NCBI RefSeq assembly: GCF_001194135.2
Contig: NC_068982.1
Span: forward strand, 127,665,571-127,717,698
DNA from: Octopus bimaculoides
Lineage: Eukaryota
DNA length: 52,128 nt
Direction: 5' to 3'
The position numbers and the translations under genes are program-made. The notes below the pieces were generated by a model. It had not been told where the DNA came from. It ran no database searches and saw only the letters and a program-made list of their open reading frames with translations. Positions 52,096 to 52,128 of this stretch are shown here, one piece after another. Within the stretch, counting starts at the first letter, position 1. Each line of letters opens with the position of its first letter.

Positions 52096-52128
52096 ACACA
52101 AAGAATAATTTAAACAGCGTGTTGGTGT

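Overview
AT-rich eukaryotic, repeat-dominated window with 11 N-gaps and abundant (TA)n, (TG)n, (ATGT)n, (GAT)n and (AG)n microsatellites. The repeat landscape suggests a coleoid cephalopod such as Octopus (inference, not verified). Most ORFs in the supplied track are microsatellite or gap artefacts. Supported content: several tRNA-headed SINE families, 5'-truncated RTE LINE copies including one ~1 kb RT fragment, CR1-like, Penelope and Tc1/mariner relics, and small candidate spliced exons on both strands whose gene I cannot name. Most notable observations: (1) a tRNA-headed, Penelope-tailed element with a hammerhead-ribozyme core, present in inverted arrangement; (2) a pri-miRNA-like hairpin with correctly spaced basal UG and CNNC motifs; (3) a foldback 15-bp array enclosing a mariner transposase fragment; (4) a possible 1-nt exon and an AG|GT recursive-type splice site; (5) two long near-perfect palindromes next to (TA)n; (6) a 145-codon open frame built from a degenerate tandem duplication. 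Repeat boundaries are approximate (about +/-10-20 bp). Family labels A-F are my own working names.
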